Origin: Jimgerdemannia flammicorona
Taxonomy: Eukaryota
Assembly: GCA_003990765.1 (NCBI GenBank)
Contig: RBNJ01000188.1
Location: 1-37,600, forward strand
Direction of reading: 5' to 3'
DNA: 37,600 nucleotides
A program made the position numbers and the translations under genes. This document shows positions 33,501 to 37,600 of the stretch, piece after piece (the first letter of the stretch is position 1; every line of letters begins with the position of its first letter). The notes under the pieces are model-generated. The model was not told the origin of the DNA, made no database searches, and worked only from the letters and a program-made list of their open reading frames with translations.

Positions 33501-36500
33501 TCTGGTTGAAGTTTGGTGGATAAGGTTGAAAGAGACTACTAGAGTCTATTGGGGGGAGACCAGTAAGGTAGCAGGTAGACAGAGGAGGAAGAGAATCCCC
33601 TTTTCTCCACTACCTTACCAGTCACAAGGTTTGGTAGGCAACCTTCCAAGTCTCCCTCCCCTATTATTATTCCCTCTACCTCAGATTGATTTGCTGTACC
33701 TACATGGGCATGGTAGGAGGAGGGCAATGGTGATGAGTTGCCCCTTTATCAGTGTCAGATCAGTGTCTTCTTCACTTTTTCATAGTTTCTGGTGTCTTTG
33801 GCTGTATCTGGAGTATATCTGTTTTGGTGTAGTGTCTTCTTCCTTTTGCCATTGCCAATAAGGTGCTGTCTTGATGTGTCTCAGACTACATAGGGAGTCG
33901 GCTGACCTTGGGTGTCAAGTGCTCAGTATAGGTTACCTGCAGGTCCTCGGTGTCTGTGGTGGGGCCCTCTGGCTTTGGCAAGCTTCCCAGTGAGCATGGT
34001 TCTGGTGTAGGTGACTGTTTTTTGGGTGATGTTGGAGATGGCTATCACAGATAGGAGGAAGGGCATTTACAGTAAACCAGTGGGGTGCCAGGCTGGGGGT
34101 GGTCATCAGGGCTGGGGTAGACAATATTTTGGTGGGGCCTTTTGATTAACTGGTGGGGGGTGGGGTGGTGCAGGGGCCAGCATTCTGGCTGTACCCAACT
34201 GGAACTAAGAGCTGACATGGTAATGTGATCAAGGCCCACAGGCTTGGGGAGTGGGACCTTCCTCATTTGGCAGTACCTGACTGGAACCAGGAGCTGACAC
34301 AGCAATATGATTGAGGCCTGCAGGCTTGGGGAGTGGGAGTGGGATCTCTTTAGGCCCTAGCCCATGTATAAGTCCTTTGAGGAAGGTGCTGTGTGTAAGT
34401 CCTTTACTCACCCACTTTGAATTTACTTTGCTCTCTGTTGGTTGGTTGGGGGGTTTTTTCTTTGCCTTGGGCTTTCTTTTGGGGTTCGGGGGGCTATTCT
34501 TTATTCAGTTCCAGCACTGCTAGATCCAACACATAGGTGTGCTCTCACATGTAAATGATGATCCAGCCCTGGTGAGCAGACAAGTCTAGTATATGTCATG
34601 GGGGTTGACATAGCTGGTGTTTGACAGGCATAGCTGGAGCAGTGGGACTGCTGGACAATTTAGTTGCCTAGGTTAATGGGGGGATATTGTTTGGTGGGTG
34701 GTGGGGGAGGGTTTTGGCCTATATAGTCTAGGTTCCCTTCTAATAAAAATCTGCAGGACTTTGAGTCCATTAAAAAAAAAAAAAAAAAAAAAGAGGAGGA
34801 AGAAGATGGTGTGGACTTCTACTAAACTAGTGAGACTTCTGAAGAATTGGGTAGATCTGTTGGCCCTGGAGGGGGTGGAGGATTGGAGATTGTTAAGGGT
34901 AAAAAAGGAGATTGTTGAGTTGTAACAGGTGCTGTGGGAGGAAGAGGAAGCATAGGTGCAGAGTTTAGTAGTGTGATTACATTGGCAGGAGCTGGAGAAA
35001 GGGGAGAGGTCCTCTAAGTTTCTCACAAGAGTCCTTCAGGCAAGGAGAGTTCAGCAGAGGTGGGAGGGGGTTCTTGATTCTGAGAGACTATTAGTATATA
35101 ATATACAAGACATTCTCAGATTATTAAAGAAGAGGTGGAGCAGTTTGTGGAGTGAGAAGAAGGGTGGGGCTGATGCTGCTGACATTGATCATACTTTTGA
35201 GGATTGGCACCCACCACAGGTGAAAGAGCTGGGTGGCCTGGTATTGCCAGTGCAGGAGGAGGAGATTTGCCAGATTCTTGCTATAACTATATTGGGTATG
35301 GTGCCAGGGGAGGACAGCCTGCTCTGGGATTTTTGAAAGAAGATAGTAGGTGTCTCTGGCATACTAAGAGAGCTGATGGTACTTTGTGACTTAGTACTAT
35401 AGTTCAGGAGATAGGTAGGTGAGTAGGATCTGAGACTAGTGGTACTGCTTTATAAGAACAAGAGCAGAAGAGAGGACTGGAAGAACTGGAGGCTGATCAT
35501 GCTACTAGATATGGACTGAAAGTTAGTCACTAAGGTAGTGGTAGCAAGGCTGCAGAAGGTGGCTCAATAGATCTTGGGGGAGGAGCAGTGGGGCTTTATA
35601 GGGGGCAGGCTCATTAGAGATAGCATGGCTTAGATATATGGCATTATTGAAGGAGTATGAGCCTGTAGACTAGATGAGTACCTGGTCTTTCTGGATCAGG
35701 AAAAGACATAAGACTGTATTTAGTAAGTCTGGATGACAAAGATACTAGATAGAATTGATATCTCTCAGCAGTTCTGAGTAGCAATAGTCAGCCTACTAGA
35801 AGGAAGTAGAGCTGTACTTATGTATAATAGGCATCATAAGGTAGCTTTCTCTCTGGGTAGAGGTGTTCCCCAGAGGGACCCACTGTCTCCCATTCTATAT
35901 ATACTCTCCTTAGAGTCTTTGGTGGATAGAATTCAGTAGAGGATAGTAGGGCTTTCAGTATTTGGTATTGGGTAGAAAGTTGGTACCTTTATGGATAATA
36001 TAGTGGTTAGTCTGAGTTTGGTCACTGATATTGAGAAATTCAAAGAGACTATAGAGTAGTATGAGGTACACTCTGGGGCTAAACTCAATTGGCACAAGTA
36101 TAAAACAATGGTATTGGATAATGGCCTGGTGGGGGGGAATATCATCAAAACAATTATTCCTACTAGGAAGGCAGTGAGGGACTTGGGTATTTATCTCTCA
36201 GTATATGGGTCAGTCCTACCAAGACTCTGGTGGGAGCAGAGGATTGTAATCTAGAGAGAGGCCCTGTAGAGTTAGAGAGACTACCACTTGTCACTAGTAG
36301 GGCATGTTTTCATTTTGAACATTTACTAGCTGTTGAAGTTGTAGTATTTGGCTTATCATCTGGACTTCTTAGCCTAGGTGGTAAAGAGATTATTGATACT
36401 GACCAAGAGATAGATCTGAGCTGAGAGAAGGAGTCAGATTAGCTGGAAAATCTTGTCTTTGCCAGTAACTAGAGGAGAACTCAGGCTGGTTGACTTTCTG

Positions 36501-37600
36501 AAGAAATTGTACTATCTGAGAGTATGGTGGCTAAAGAGAGCTATAGAGCTAAGAGGTAGTAGCTGGATTCCCCTGATGATGAAGGTCTGGGAGATAAGGT
36601 TCTTACTGAGAAGCTCTATAGAAGATTTACTGTTCTTGGTTGGGCTTCAGAACAATGAACACATGTAGTTTAAGAGCTTCTGATGAGGAGTTGCAGATGG
36701 GGTATACTGTATTGAGATTCATTAGCAGAGAGATAAAGGAGAGCTGCCTTGGGGCCCAGTAATATAGTGATGGGACTAAGTATTGCTGGGGGATATCCCC
36801 CTAGGTAACTTTAATATTAGTGATGGGATTGAGTACCAGAGGGGATTAGGGCAGGATCTGTGGCCCTGTAAATGATAGTTGATGAGTATTGAAGAAGAGT
36901 AAGACTGAAATGAGGTCTGGGTCTAGAGTGCTGAGATTAGATAGTAGCTACTACTGAAGTATTAGGTAGTCTAGTGGTATATATTGAGGAGGAATATTAT
37001 ACTCAACTTTTGCTTAGACTACTTTATAGAAGGGGGCAACTTTGACTTTAAGAAGTATTACAATGTTGGACAGAAAGGAAGTTTTGTACAGATGCTAAAA
37101 TATTGGCTAGGAGAGTACAAGATACTTAGTGACTTCTAGATAGTAGTTGGGAAATAATTAGGTATCATGCATAGGGGGGATGATGTGAAGGATTGGTGGG
37201 AGAATTTGTGGAATAGATTAATAGAGGGGGTTGGAAATGAGTGGATTACTTTAGATTGGGTACTGGCTGTATAGGTGGGGTTAGCAGAGCACTGGTTGTT
37301 TTTTTTTTCGAAGAAAAGAGATATCTGGGCTTGGAGGTATAGCTGCTGAGATGAGAAGGGTTGATGGAGGACACTCTGATGGGCTGGTGGTTCAGTTGGG
37401 GTCTGCAGAGTAGTTGGTAGTATTACTTGGTAGAGAAAATCTGTAGGCAGAGTGGAGAGTAGTAGATAATAGGGTGATTTTCAAGTGTGAAGGAGTAGAG
37501 AGGGGGAGTTCCCCTATAGAGATTGGGTAGTAGAAGGAGATAATATAATTATATCTTTAAAATAGTAATAAATGATAGAGTCTACATAACTATAAAAAAA
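30600..37600 (+). mobile_element. L1-clade non-LTR retrotransposon, copy 2 (ORF1 ~30.6-32.6 kb; ORF2 ATG at 32666), mutated, interrupted by a sense insert; poly(A) tail reaches the window end
   Basis: MNSTTNIFSLNVNGL...DLFLLQD (APE), GERSSKFL, WRLIMLLDMD*KLV, QWGFIGGRLIRD, FLDQEKT*D, RGVPQRDPLSPILY, FMDN; 3' end AATAAATGATAGAGTCTACATAACTATAAAAAAA resembles the end of copy 1. Confidence 0.9.
33593..34791 (+). mobile_element. ~1.2-kb poly(A)-tailed retroposed insert within LINE copy 2
   Basis: Perfect 12-bp TSD AGAGGAGGAAGA (33581-33592 and 34792-34803), AATAAA at 34742-34747, A20 tail at 34772-34791; internal duplication with 82-bp period (34191-34256, 34273-34338). Confidence 0.85.

Noticed and set aside
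14200..37600. Alternative genetic code or stop read-through explaining the many in-frame stops
   Set aside because: All three stop types occur, some differ between repeat copies, and they accompany transition-type missense changes; host genes use the standard code.

Overview
Eukaryotic, intron-containing fungal DNA. A Mucoromycota host is inferred from the 'LTWIPFERF'-type kinase family and the L1-clade LINEs; this is not proven. The window has two sharply different halves. (1) About 1-12.7 kb is CpG-rich and genic: an F-box/LRR gene head-to-head with POP4 (RNase P/MRP p29), a PTAR1/ECM9-like prenyltransferase-alpha-repeat gene, a 6-exon TKL-type pseudokinase, a 2-exon membrane-protein gene and one small orphan ORF. 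(2) About 13.7-37.6 kb is a nest of dead transposons: three Ty1/copia remnants, a hAT-type MITE with an 8-bp TSD, two L1-clade LINEs each interrupted by a ~1.2-kb poly(A)-tailed insert with a 12-bp TSD, and a structurally intact 6.36-kb LTR element with 1.49-kb LTRs. That element's internal reading frame runs Gag-zinc knuckle-dUTPase-protease-chromodomain remnant with no RT, RNase H or integrase. Nearly all repeat DNA beyond ~14.2 kb shows massive C:G>T:A transition mutation: about a dozen CpGs found by eye in ~23 kb, heavy CpA>TpA, and sampled LTR differences that are all transitions. This RIP-like signature and the dUTPase-carrying element are the two most notable observations. All gene models and counts were made by eye, without database searches.
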